In this document: positions 56,183 to 64,000 of the stretch, one piece after another
Position numbering within the stretch: the first letter of the stretch is position 1
Layout of the letters: each line of letters opens with the position of its first letter
Source of the DNA: Actinomycetes bacterium
GTDB taxonomy: Bacteria > Actinomycetota > Actinomycetes > S36-B12
Length of the DNA: 64,000 nt
Reading direction: 5' to 3'
NCBI GenBank assembly: GCA_037130755.1
Contig: JBAXSI010000018.1
Span: forward strand, 918-64,917
The notes under the pieces: generated by a model
Told to the model about the DNA's origin: nothing
The model's input: the letters and a program-made list of their open reading frames with translations, nothing else
Databases searched by the model: none
Made by a program: the position numbers and the translations under genes

Positions 56183-56613
56183 CCGCGCGCACGCCCTGGT
56201 GGTTCTCCGGGGACACGGAGGAACGGTCCGACGCCGGGCCAGGTGCCGACGAGACGGCATCGGCTCCAGAGTCGGAGGCCGACGCAACCGAGTCGGACGC
56301 TGCGGGCGCCCGCGACTGGGCAGGCCTGGTCTCGGGCGCGCAGCGAGTGGTCGACTGGGCGACCGAGCGCCTGCTTGCCCCGCACGCCGAGCACGAGGAT
56401 CCACGCGACCATCCGGACTGCGTCATCTGCCGCACGATGAGCGTGCTCGGCGACGTCGGGCTGAGAGCCCCCTCACCGGCCGACCAGGCCGATAGCGCCG
56501 ATGCCGCGTCGGAGCAACTGCCCGGCCAGGGCCCAACGGGCGGTGCCCCACGGCCGGCGGATCGGCCGGGCGTCCGGTGGATCCCGATTCGCGGTGAATC
56601 GACCGGGTCCTAG
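56179..56613 (+). CDS. acidic conserved protein (DUF5304-like, Rv2183c-type)
   Basis: 144 aa. ATGA overlap with the ArsA-like gene. Conserved HPDCVICR motif. Confidence 0.55.
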   Translation: MTARTPWWFSGDTEERSDAGPGADETASAPESEADATESDAAGARDWAGLVSGAQRVVDWATERLLAPHAEHEDPRDHPDCVICRTMSVLGDVGLRAPSPADQADSADAASEQLPGQGPTGGAPRPADRPGVRWIPIRGESTGS

Positions 56614-56622
56614 GCTGTCGAC

Positions 56623-57579
56623 GTGGGCCACAGCATCGGCGTCGACATCGGCGGCACCAAGATCCTCGCGGGCGTGGTCGATGACCACGGCAACGTCCTG
56701 GCCACCGCTCGTCGGGCCACTCCGCGCAACGACGCCAACGACGTGCTCGAACTCGTCGGCGATGTCGTCAACGAACTCAAGGCGGGTGCCACCGAGTCGC
56801 TGATGGGCGTCGGCCTCGGAGTCGCGGGTCTGGTCGATGCCGATCGCTCGAGGGTGTACTTCGCGCCCAACCTGCGCTGGTCGCAGGTGCCGGTGCGCGT
56901 GCTCCTCGAGGCGTCGACGGGTCTCCCGGTGGTCGTCGAGAACGACGGCAACGTGGCCGCTTGGGGCGAGGCCCGCTTCGGCGCCGGTCGTGGTGTAGCC
57001 GACCTGACCCTGGTCACGGTGGGCACCGGCATCGGCGGTGGCATCGTCGTCAATGGCTCGCTCTTCCGCGGAGCGCACGGTGCGGCCGGCGAGATCGGCC
57101 ACATCAATGCGGTTCCGGACGGCCGTCCCTGCGGGTGCGGGCGGAACGGGTGCCTGGAGCAGTACGCAAGCGGCAACGCGCTTGTGCGCGAGGCGCGCCT
57201 TCTTGCGGCCGAACGGCGCACCGAGGCCGGCGTGCTGCTCGAACTCGGCGACGGAACTCCCGAGGGAGTTCAGGGAGTGCACGTGACGGAGGCCGCCCTC
57301 GCGGGGGATCCGATCGCCATGGAGGCGTTCACCATCGTCGGCACGTGGCTGGGTCGCGGACTTGCGGACCTCGCAGCCGTGCTCGACCCCGAGGTCTTCG
57401 TCATCGGCGGCGGGGTGTCCGAGGCAGGCGACCTCCTGCTCGCCAGCGCCCGTCAGACGTTGGCCGACAAGCTCATCGGCCAGCAGAACCGCCCGGCACC
57501 GGTCGTCAAGACGGCCGAGCTCGGCAACACCGCTGGTCTCGTCGGCGCGGCCGACCTGGCCCGCATCCCGCGCATCTGA
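56623..57579 (+). CDS. glk: ROK family glucokinase
   Basis: 318 aa, GTG start. Contains GVDIGGTK, VENDGNVAAWGE and CGCGRNGCLEQY. Confidence 0.88.
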   Translation: MGHSIGVDIGGTKILAGVVDDHGNVLATARRATPRNDANDVLELVGDVVNELKAGATESLMGVGLGVAGLVDADRSRVYFAPNLRWSQVPVRVLLEASTGLPVVVENDGNVAAWGEARFGAGRGVADLTLVTVGTGIGGGIVVNGSLFRGAHGAAGEIGHINAVPDGRPCGCGRNGCLEQYASGNALVREARLLAAERRTEAGVLLELGDGTPEGVQGVHVTEAALAGDPIAMEAFTIVGTWLGRGLADLAAVLDPEVFVIGGGVSEAGDLLLASARQTLADKLIGQQNRPAPVVKTAELGNTAGLVGAADLARIPRI

Positions 57580-57583
57580 CGCG

Positions 57584-57994
57584 CTAGACGACGGCCCCGT
57601 CGTCGTCCTCGTCGCGATCGTTCATGCGCCAGATCAGCGACACGAAGCCACCGATGGACAAGATCACGCCGAGGTCGGCCATCCACCGATCCCATTCCAG
57701 CAGCGTGGTGACGAGGACCAGCAGGGGTCCGACGATCACCGCAGCCCAGGAGAATCTGCCGATGGCGTCGGACGGCTTGGGGATCGGCGGAGGCGTCGGG
57801 GGCACGTAGCCCTCGTCCTCGTCGACGTCCTCTGCCTCAGGCGGCGCCGGCTGAGCTGCTGTCTGGGCGGCTGGAGGTTTCGGGGAATCCCTGGGGAACT
57901 CCGGGCCGAGGTCGATCTGCCCGCTGAGGTCGGCCACGATCGCGTCCCAGGCAGCCTTCTCATGCTCGGGCAGGTCCGATCCGGTCCCGCTCAC
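57584..57994 (-). CDS. membrane protein, unknown function
   Basis: 136 aa, GTG start. Acidic/proline-rich N-terminal half, two TM segments, acidic tail. 7 nt downstream of the hydrolase gene. Confidence 0.55.
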   Translation of the reverse strand: MSGTGSDLPEHEKAAWDAIVADLSGQIDLGPEFPRDSPKPPAAQTAAQPAPPEAEDVDEDEGYVPPTPPPIPKPSDAIGRFSWAAVIVGPLLVLVTTLLEWDRWMADLGVILSIGGFVSLIWRMNDRDEDDDGAVV

Positions 57995-58001
57995 GGTCGA
58001 C

Positions 58002-58748
58002 TCATGCGGACAGTCGCCGGACGAAGGCGATGCTGTCGCGGTGGATCACTTCCGCGTCGTAGTCGAGCGTCGCAACGTGGTACGAGTCCGGGAGGAGGAC
58101 CTCCTCGATGTCGGCCGACGAGACGTTCGCGAGGATGAAGGCGGAGTTGCTCGGCTCGACGACGTGGTCCTCGAGGCTGCGGAACAGCAGCAACGGAACC
58201 TTGACCTTGCCGATGTCGGTCTTGATCAGCTTCCACATCTGCTGCATCGAGTGGGCCGCCTTCAGCGGGATCTTGTCGTACGCACCCTCGTCCTGGTCGG
58301 GCTTGTTGATGTCGTTGGAGATGCCAGGGAACCCGCCGACGAAGCGCTGGAGCACCGGCAGGGCGAAGCGGTCCAGGCGCTCGGTGTGCACCGCAGGATT
58401 GACCAGCACGATGCCGCTGATGTCGTCGCCGTGCTCCTCGGCCAGCTTCAGGGTCAGCGACCCGCCCATGGACAGGCCCATGACGAAGACGTGCTCGCAG
58501 GAGGCGCGCAGTTCCTGGAAGTTGCGCAGTGCCTCGGCGTACCAGTCCTCCCACGTGGTCAGGTTCATCTCCTGCCAGGTCGTGCCGTGGCCGGGAAGCC
58601 GCGGCACTCGGATGGTCCAGCCCTGACCGCTGAGTTCCATCGCCCACGGCGTCATCGACTTGGGCGAACCGGTGAAGCCGTGGAGGACGAGGATGCCGAT
58701 GTGATTGCCTTCGGCAGACCAGGGCTCGGCATGCGGCGCGACGGCCAT
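58002..58748 (-). CDS. alpha/beta hydrolase (carboxylesterase/monoacylglycerol-lipase-like)
   Basis: 248 aa with HGFTGSP and the nucleophile elbow GLSMGG. Confidence 0.85.
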   Translation of the reverse strand: MAVAPHAEPWSAEGNHIGILVLHGFTGSPKSMTPWAMELSGQGWTIRVPRLPGHGTTWQEMNLTTWEDWYAEALRNFQELRASCEHVFVMGLSMGGSLTLKLAEEHGDDISGIVLVNPAVHTERLDRFALPVLQRFVGGFPGISNDINKPDQDEGAYDKIPLKAAHSMQQMWKLIKTDIGKVKVPLLLFRSLEDHVVEPSNSAFILANVSSADIEEVLLPDSYHVATLDYDAEVIHRDSIAFVRRLSA

Positions 58749-58815
58749 GGGAATCCTTTCGAGGCGAGTCGTCGCCGACCGGCGACCCGCCCACTAGTCT
58801 GCCATCCGGAAGGAG

Positions 58816-59547
58816 ATGCCAACCGTGCTGTACTGGTTCTTGAAGTACATCCTCGTCGGGCCGTGGTTGCGCGTCCTCTTCCGCCCGTGGGTTGAGGGGC
58901 TGGGCCACATCCCCGATGACACGCCCGCGATCCTGGCCAGCAACCACCTGTCCTTCTCGGACTCCTTCTTCCTGCCGCTGGTCGTGCCGCGCCCGATCAC
59001 GTTCCTTGCGAAGAGTGACTACTTCACCGGCAAGGGGATCAAGGGCTTCTTCACCAAGGCGTTCTTCGCCGGCGTGGGGCAGGTCCCGGTCGACCGCTCC
59101 GGCGGCCGGGCCTCAGAGGCAGCGATCCGCACCGGACTGCGCATCCTGAGCGAGGGGAACCTGCTGGGGATCTATCCGGAGGGCACTCGCTCGCCGAACG
59201 GGACCCTCTACCGCGGGAAGACCGGCGTCGCGCGCATGGCGATGGAGGCCCAGGTCCCGATTGTCCCGGTCGCGATGATCAACACCTACGAGATCCAGCC
59301 CCCCGGGCAGGTGCGTCCCCACATCCGTCGCGTGGGCGTTCGCATCGGCAGGCCGTTGGACTTCAGCCGCTACGAGGGCCTGGAGAACGATCGCTTCGTC
59401 CTTCGGTCCATCACCGACGAGGTGATGTACGAGCTGATGTCCCTGTCGGGCCAGGAGTACGTCGACATGTACGCCACGCGCGCCAAGGAGCTCATCGCCC
59501 AGGGCTCGCCCGCCGACTCGCGGTCGATGGTGCCGCCGCCGAAGTAG
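58816..59547 (+). CDS. plsC: 1-acyl-sn-glycerol-3-phosphate acyltransferase
   Basis: 243 aa with acyltransferase motifs NHLSFSD (HxxxxD) and IYPEGTRS. Confidence 0.88.
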   Translation: MPTVLYWFLKYILVGPWLRVLFRPWVEGLGHIPDDTPAILASNHLSFSDSFFLPLVVPRPITFLAKSDYFTGKGIKGFFTKAFFAGVGQVPVDRSGGRASEAAIRTGLRILSEGNLLGIYPEGTRSPNGTLYRGKTGVARMAMEAQVPIVPVAMINTYEIQPPGQVRPHIRRVGVRIGRPLDFSRYEGLENDRFVLRSITDEVMYELMSLSGQEYVDMYATRAKELIAQGSPADSRSMVPPPK

Positions 59548-59556
59548 TCGCTGACC

Positions 59557-61038
59557 TCAGGTCGCCCAGTGCTTCGCGCGCTCCACTGCGCTGCGCCAGC
59601 GCGTGTGCGCTGCACCGTCTGCCGTTCCGGGCTGGAATACCCCTGACGAGTGACGCGTGGATGCGAGGGCGTCGAACGACGGCCAGATGCCCACGCCCAG
59701 GCCCGCGAGGAAGGCAGCGCCCAGGCCCGTGGTCTGCAGCTCGGCGGACCGATCGACTGGCAGCTGCACGGCGTCGGCCTGCAACTGGCACAGCAGGTCA
59801 TTTGCCGCGGCGCCGCCGTCGATCGCCAGGCGCGTGAGCGGGACGCCGCCATCGGCGCTCATCAGCGACACCACGTCGCTCACCTGGAACGCGATGGCGT
59901 CGAGCGCGGCTCGGGCGATGTGCGCGCGAGTGGTCCCGCGGGTGATGCCGATGATCATGCCGCGGGCCGTCGGGTCCCAGTCAGGCGCGCCGAGACCGGT
60001 GAGGGCTGGGACGAACACGACTCCGCCGGAGTCGCTGACGGTGCTGGCGAGGCTCTCCGACTCGGCCGCGCTGTCGATGATGCCCAGTCCGTCGCGCAGC
60101 CATTGGATGGCTGCCCCGGTCACGAAGACCGCACCCTCGAGAGCGAAGTCCCGGCGGCCGTCGGGGTGCGCGAGGGCCACCGTGGTGAGCAGGCCATGCG
60201 TCGATCTCGCAGGCTCGCTGCCCGTGTGCACCAGCAGGAAGGAACCGGTGCCGTAGGTGCACTTCGCTGCGCCGGTGGCGAAGCCGGCCTGACCGACGAG
60301 GGCCGCCTGCTGATCCCCGGCGATGCCGGCGATCGGCACATCGAGGCCGAGGAACACCGTGGGATCGGTGTGCGCGATGTGGCCGTACGACGCCTTGATC
60401 TCGGGAAGGGCATCCATCGGCACGTCGAGGAGCGAGCACAGTTCCGGACTCCACGCGCCGGTCGACAGGTCGTACAGCAGCGTGCGGGACGCATTGGTCC
60501 CGTCCGTGACGTGGTGAAGTCCTCGCGACATGCGCGCGATGAGGTACGAGTCGACCGTGCCAATCGCAACGCGGCCCGACACGACCTGCGCCCACGTTGC
60601 CGGATCGTTCTCGCGGACCCACGCGATTTTCGTGCCCGAGAAGTAGGGATCCAGCCGGAGCCCGGTGAGCTCCTGGACGCGGTCCGCGTGGCCCGCGGCG
60701 GCCAACTCCTCGCACATCGAGGCTGTGCGACGGTCCTGCCACACGATGGCGCGTCGCGGAGCCCCGAGCGTCTCGCGATCCCAGAAGCAGACCGTCTCCC
60801 GCTGGTTGGTGATCCCGACGGCGCGGATCGTGAGGTTCGTCTTCGACAGCGCCTCACCGGTCGCCGACAACGTGGCGGCCCACATCTCCCGCAGGTCGTG
60901 CTCGACCCAGCCGTCGGCGGGGAAGTGCTGCGGGAACTCGCGGTAGCCGCGCGAGACGACCACGGCGTTCGCGTCGACTACGAGGGCCGTGATGCCCGTG
61001 GTCCCGGCATCGATGGAGAGGACGGCGTTAGTGGTCAC
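59557..61038 (-). CDS. glpK: glycerol kinase (FGGY family)
   Basis: In-frame GTG at 61038 (VTTNAVLSIDAGTTG...), 493 aa. Contains GITNQRETVCFWD, IVWQDRRTA and GDQQAAL. Confidence 0.9.
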   Translation of the reverse strand: MTTNAVLSIDAGTTGITALVVDANAVVVSRGYREFPQHFPADGWVEHDLREMWAATLSATGEALSKTNLTIRAVGITNQRETVCFWDRETLGAPRRAIVWQDRRTASMCEELAAAGHADRVQELTGLRLDPYFSGTKIAWVRENDPATWAQVVSGRVAIGTVDSYLIARMSRGLHHVTDGTNASRTLLYDLSTGAWSPELCSLLDVPMDALPEIKASYGHIAHTDPTVFLGLDVPIAGIAGDQQAALVGQAGFATGAAKCTYGTGSFLLVHTGSEPARSTHGLLTTVALAHPDGRRDFALEGAVFVTGAAIQWLRDGLGIIDSAAESESLASTVSDSGGVVFVPALTGLGAPDWDPTARGMIIGITRGTTRAHIARAALDAIAFQVSDVVSLMSADGGVPLTRLAIDGGAAANDLLCQLQADAVQLPVDRSAELQTTGLGAAFLAGLGVGIWPSFDALASTRHSSGVFQPGTADGAAHTRWRSAVERAKHWAT

Positions 61039-61078
61039 CCTCGAACAATAGGAGTTCGCGTTGGCGTACGGTTCCGCG

Positions 61079-61951
61079 ATGACCTTCTCAATCGTCGCCC
61101 GTCTCGATGACGGCGTCCCCGGCGTCATCGGCCCCGCCTGGGGTGTCGCTGTCGCGAGCAAGTTCCTGGCGGCCGGCGCGGTCGTGCCCGGCGCACGAGC
61201 CGGGGTTGGGGCCATCGCCACGCAGGCCTTCGCGAACCTTCGCTATCTACCCGACGGGCTCGCTGCACTCGCCGCCGGAGCGGGTGCCGCCGAGGTCATG
61301 GCGTCCTTGACCGCGACTGACGATCTCGTGGGCCAGCGGCAGGTCGGCGTCGTGGACGCGGCGGGCGGATCGGCGTCCTTCACGGGCGGGGAGTGCTTCT
61401 CGTGGGCCGGCGGCCTGACGGGGGAGGGCTACGCGATCCAGGGCAACATCCTGGCCGGGCCCGAGGTGGTGGACGCCATGCGCGCCGCATGGCTGGCTGC
61501 TGAGGGCCCGCTGTCGGCGCGCCTGGTGGCGGTCCTGCTGGCCGGCGACCGGGCCGGGGGCGATCGGCGCGGGCGCCAGAGCGCCGCGGTGCTCGTCGTC
61601 GCCGAGGCGGCCGGGTACGGCGGCGGCAGTGACGTCGCGGTCGACCTGCGGGTCGACGACCATGCCGACCCTGTCCCCGAACTGCAGCGACTTCTCGGCG
61701 TCCACACGCTGCTGTTCGGTCGTCCCGAGCGCACGCTGCCACTGGCGGGTGACACCGCGCGCCGCGTGCGGGGCGCCCTCGACACGCTCGGCTTCGACGA
61801 CCCGGACCTCGACAAGGCCCTGAACGACCTCGCCGGCATCGAGAACCTCGAGGAGCGAATGGTGCCCGGAGCCGTCGACGTGGTGGTGCTGGAGCACATT
61901 GAGCGCCTCGCCGCCCGCACGCGTGATGACAGCGATTACATGGCTCGCTAG
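61079..61951 (+). CDS. DUF1028 (Ntn-hydrolase fold) protein with C-terminal peptidoglycan-binding-like domain
   Basis: ATG at 61079 gives the canonical MTFSIVA N-terminus, 290 aa. Confidence 0.75.
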   Translation: MTFSIVARLDDGVPGVIGPAWGVAVASKFLAAGAVVPGARAGVGAIATQAFANLRYLPDGLAALAAGAGAAEVMASLTATDDLVGQRQVGVVDAAGGSASFTGGECFSWAGGLTGEGYAIQGNILAGPEVVDAMRAAWLAAEGPLSARLVAVLLAGDRAGGDRRGRQSAAVLVVAEAAGYGGGSDVAVDLRVDDHADPVPELQRLLGVHTLLFGRPERTLPLAGDTARRVRGALDTLGFDDPDLDKALNDLAGIENLEERMVPGAVDVVVLEHIERLAARTRDDSDYMAR

Positions 61952-62028
61952 AGTGTGCGCGTGATCTGGGCCTTCGGCGCCCGGGCGGAACTGGGGCCAC
62001 AAGCCCGCAACGAAAGGGTGCATGACCG

Positions 62029-63054
62029 ATGCGCGTGGGTGTTCTTACTGGCGGCGGGGACTGCCCCGGCCTGAACGCGGTCATCCGCGCGGTCGTGCGG
62101 CGTGGCGTGACCGAGTACGGCTACGAGTTCGTCGGGTTCCGTGACGGCTGGAAGGGCCCGCTGGAGGGCCTGACGATGCCGCTGGACATCCCGACCGTCC
62201 GCGGCATCCTGCCCCGTGGCGGCACCATCCTCGGCTCGTCGCGCACGAATCTCGTCAAGATCGACGGCGGCATCGAGCGCACGGAGGAGAACCTCAAGAA
62301 GCTCGGCATCGATGCCCTCATCGCCATCGGCGGCGAGGACACGCTGGGTGTCGCCACGACGCTGACCGAGCACGGCTTCCACGTCATCGGCGTCCCGAAG
62401 ACCATCGACAACGACCTCAGCGCCACCGACTACACCTTCGGGTTCGACACTGCCGTCGGCATCGCGACGGAGGCGATCGATCGCCTGCACACGACGGCGG
62501 AGTCGCACCACCGCATCCTCATCTGCGAGGTCATGGGCCGACACGCGGGCTGGATCGCCCTCCATTCCGGCATGGCCGGCGGCGCGAACGTGATCCTCAT
62601 CCCCGAGGTGAACTTCGACATGGACGAGGTCATCGGCTGGGTCGAGTCCCGCTTCAAGGCCAGTTACGCGCCGATCATCGTCGTGGCTGAGGGCGCGATC
62701 CCGGCAGATGGCGACCTGATCACCAAGGACCAGACGCGCGACTCGTTCGGCCACGTCAAGCTGTCGGGCATCGGAGAGTGGCTGGCTCAGCACATCGAGG
62801 CGCGCACCGGCCACGAGGCCCGCACGACCGTGCTCGGCCACATCCAGCGTGGCGGCTCGCCCACGGCGTACGACCGCGTCCTGGCGACGCGGTTCGGGCT
62901 CAACGCCATCGCCGCCGTCAAGGACCAGGACTGGGGCAAGATGGTGGCCCTTCAGGGCACGGACATCGTCCGCGTCCCGTTGCAGGCGGCTACGGGCGTG
63001 CTCAAGACCGTCCCCATCGAGCGCTACGAGGAAGCGAAGTCCTTCTTCGGATAG
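62029..63054 (+). CDS. pfkA: 6-phosphofructokinase (residue signature suggests PPi-dependent)
   Basis: 341 aa with GGGDCPGLN, IGGEDT, PKTIDND and MGRHAGW. Confidence 0.92.
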   Translation: MRVGVLTGGGDCPGLNAVIRAVVRRGVTEYGYEFVGFRDGWKGPLEGLTMPLDIPTVRGILPRGGTILGSSRTNLVKIDGGIERTEENLKKLGIDALIAIGGEDTLGVATTLTEHGFHVIGVPKTIDNDLSATDYTFGFDTAVGIATEAIDRLHTTAESHHRILICEVMGRHAGWIALHSGMAGGANVILIPEVNFDMDEVIGWVESRFKASYAPIIVVAEGAIPADGDLITKDQTRDSFGHVKLSGIGEWLAQHIEARTGHEARTTVLGHIQRGGSPTAYDRVLATRFGLNAIAAVKDQDWGKMVALQGTDIVRVPLQAATGVLKTVPIERYEEAKSFFG

Positions 63055-63074
63055 GCGTGCCTTAGCCTTCTCCC

Positions 63075-64000
63075 ATGCCTACCCCTCTCGCGTGGCCAGA
63101 CCTGCCGGCTGCACAGCAGCCGCCGTGGCCCGACGTCGACGAGCTGCAGGCAGCGCTCGACGAGCTCTCTGCGCTGCCGCCGCTGGTCTTTGCGGGTGAG
63201 TGCGACCTGCTCGGCGCACGGCTCGCGGAGGCGGCGCACGGTCGCGCCTTCGTGCTGATGGGTGGGGACTGCGCCGAGACCTTCGCAGCCAACAACGCCG
63301 ACTCCATCCGTGCGCGCCTGAAGACGGTGCTGCAGATGTCCGTCGTCCTGACATACGCCGCCTCAATGCCCGTCATCAAGGTCGGGCGCTTGGCGGGCCA
63401 GTACTTCAAGCCGCGCAGCAAGGTGATCGAGTCCCGCGACGGCGTCGAGCTGACGTCGTACCTCGGCGATGCGGTCAACTCCCTTTCCTTCGACGCCGCT
63501 TCGCGCCGGCCTGACGCCCAGCGGCTGGTGCGCGCCTACAACGCGTCGAGCGCGGCTCTCAACCTCGTTCGCGCGTTCACGCAGGGCGGCTACGCGGACC
63601 TTCGCCAGGTCCACGCGTGGAACCAGGACTTCGTTCGGGATTCGATGGCCGGGCAGCGGTACGAGCAGATGGCGGCCGAGCTCGATCGCGCGCTGGCCTT
63701 CATGCGCGCCATCGGGGCAGATCCTGAGGAACTCCAGCGGGTGGAGTTCTACGCAGCGCACGAGGCACTCTCGATCGACTACGAGCGCGCCCTCACGCGG
63801 ATCGACTCGCGCACGGGCCTGCCCTACGACGTGTCCGGTCACTTCCTGTGGATCGGCGAGCGCACGCGTCAACTCGATGGGGCCCACGTGCACTTCGCCT
63901 CGACGATCCGCAACCCGATCGGCGTCAAGGTGGGTCCGACGGCGTCCCCTGACGACGTCGTCCAGCTGGCCGAGGTACTCAACCCCGATCGCGTGCCCGG
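63075..64000 (+). CDS. aroG: class II 3-deoxy-D-arabino-heptulosonate-7-phosphate synthase (partial, 3' end outside window)
   Basis: ATG at 63075. Not in the ORF track because it is open-ended. MPTPLAWPDLPAAQQPPWPD...GGDCAETF...KVGRLAGQYFKPRS...WIGERTRQLDGAH matches my recollection of M. tuberculosis AroG. Confidence 0.9.
   Translation, partial: MPTPLAWPDLPAAQQPPWPDVDELQAALDELSALPPLVFAGECDLLGARLAEAAHGRAFVLMGGDCAETFAANNADSIRARLKTVLQMSVVLTYAASMPVIKVGRLAGQYFKPRSKVIESRDGVELTSYLGDAVNSLSFDAASRRPDAQRLVRAYNASSAALNLVRAFTQGGYADLRQVHAWNQDFVRDSMAGQRYEQMAAELDRALAFMRAIGADPEELQRVEFYAAHEALSIDYERALTRIDSRTGLPYDVSGHFLWIGERTRQLDGAHVHFASTIRNPIGVKVGPTASPDDVVQLAEVLNPDRVP

Noticed and set aside
1-64000. Defence islands, prophage, integrative elements, toxin-antitoxin pairs, rRNA/tRNA genes, CRISPR arrays
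   Set aside because: I found no integrase, transposase, phage structural or Cas-like sequences, no tRNA-like cloverleaf candidates in the intergenic regions examined, and no repeat-spacer arrays.

Overview
This is a visibly GC-rich actinobacterial chromosomal segment. The gene content looks Micrococcales/Intrasporangiaceae-like, but the taxon cannot be verified here. All homology calls were made by eye and from memory of protein families; no searches were run.

The window is mostly conserved core genome. Its gene order parallels the Mycobacterium tuberculosis glnA1 (Rv2220) to aroG (Rv2178c) segment:
- glnA, an RDD protein, DUF4191, lipA, lipB, and sucB/dlaT-lpd-pepA-gcvT.
- nadA, erpA, adenosine kinase and aat.
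- Respiratory genes ctaC-ctaD-ctaF and qcrC-qcrA-qcrB-ctaE.
- trpD, a DEDD-exonuclease/GIY-YIG fusion, a RipC-like NlpC/P60 hydrolase and fadD.
- SRPBCC, an ArsA-like protein, a DUF5304-like protein, glk, plsC, glpK, pfk and aroG (partial at the right edge).

Accessory modules are interleaved with this core:
- A GlcNAc catabolic operon (nagA, a ROK kinase, a SIS deaminase).
- A cupin/TetR pair fused onto lipB-lipA.
- A PspA-HtpX-PspAB envelope-stress module.
- The most interesting part: a cobalamin-riboswitch-controlled ECF transporter operon (24305 to 17862, minus strand). It additionally encodes two secreted proteins of unknown role and a degenerate CobT-like protein.

Other notable items:
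- A completely lysine-free cysteine-desulfurase homologue next to ctaC.
- A perfect 40-bp inverted repeat after erpA.
- A Walker-A-degenerate ArsA-like protein.
- A phosphofructokinase with a PPi-type residue signature.

No rRNA, tRNA, CRISPR array, transposase or prophage genes were recognised. Many long ORFs in the six-frame track are antisense or off-frame artefacts of high GC content and were discarded or trimmed.
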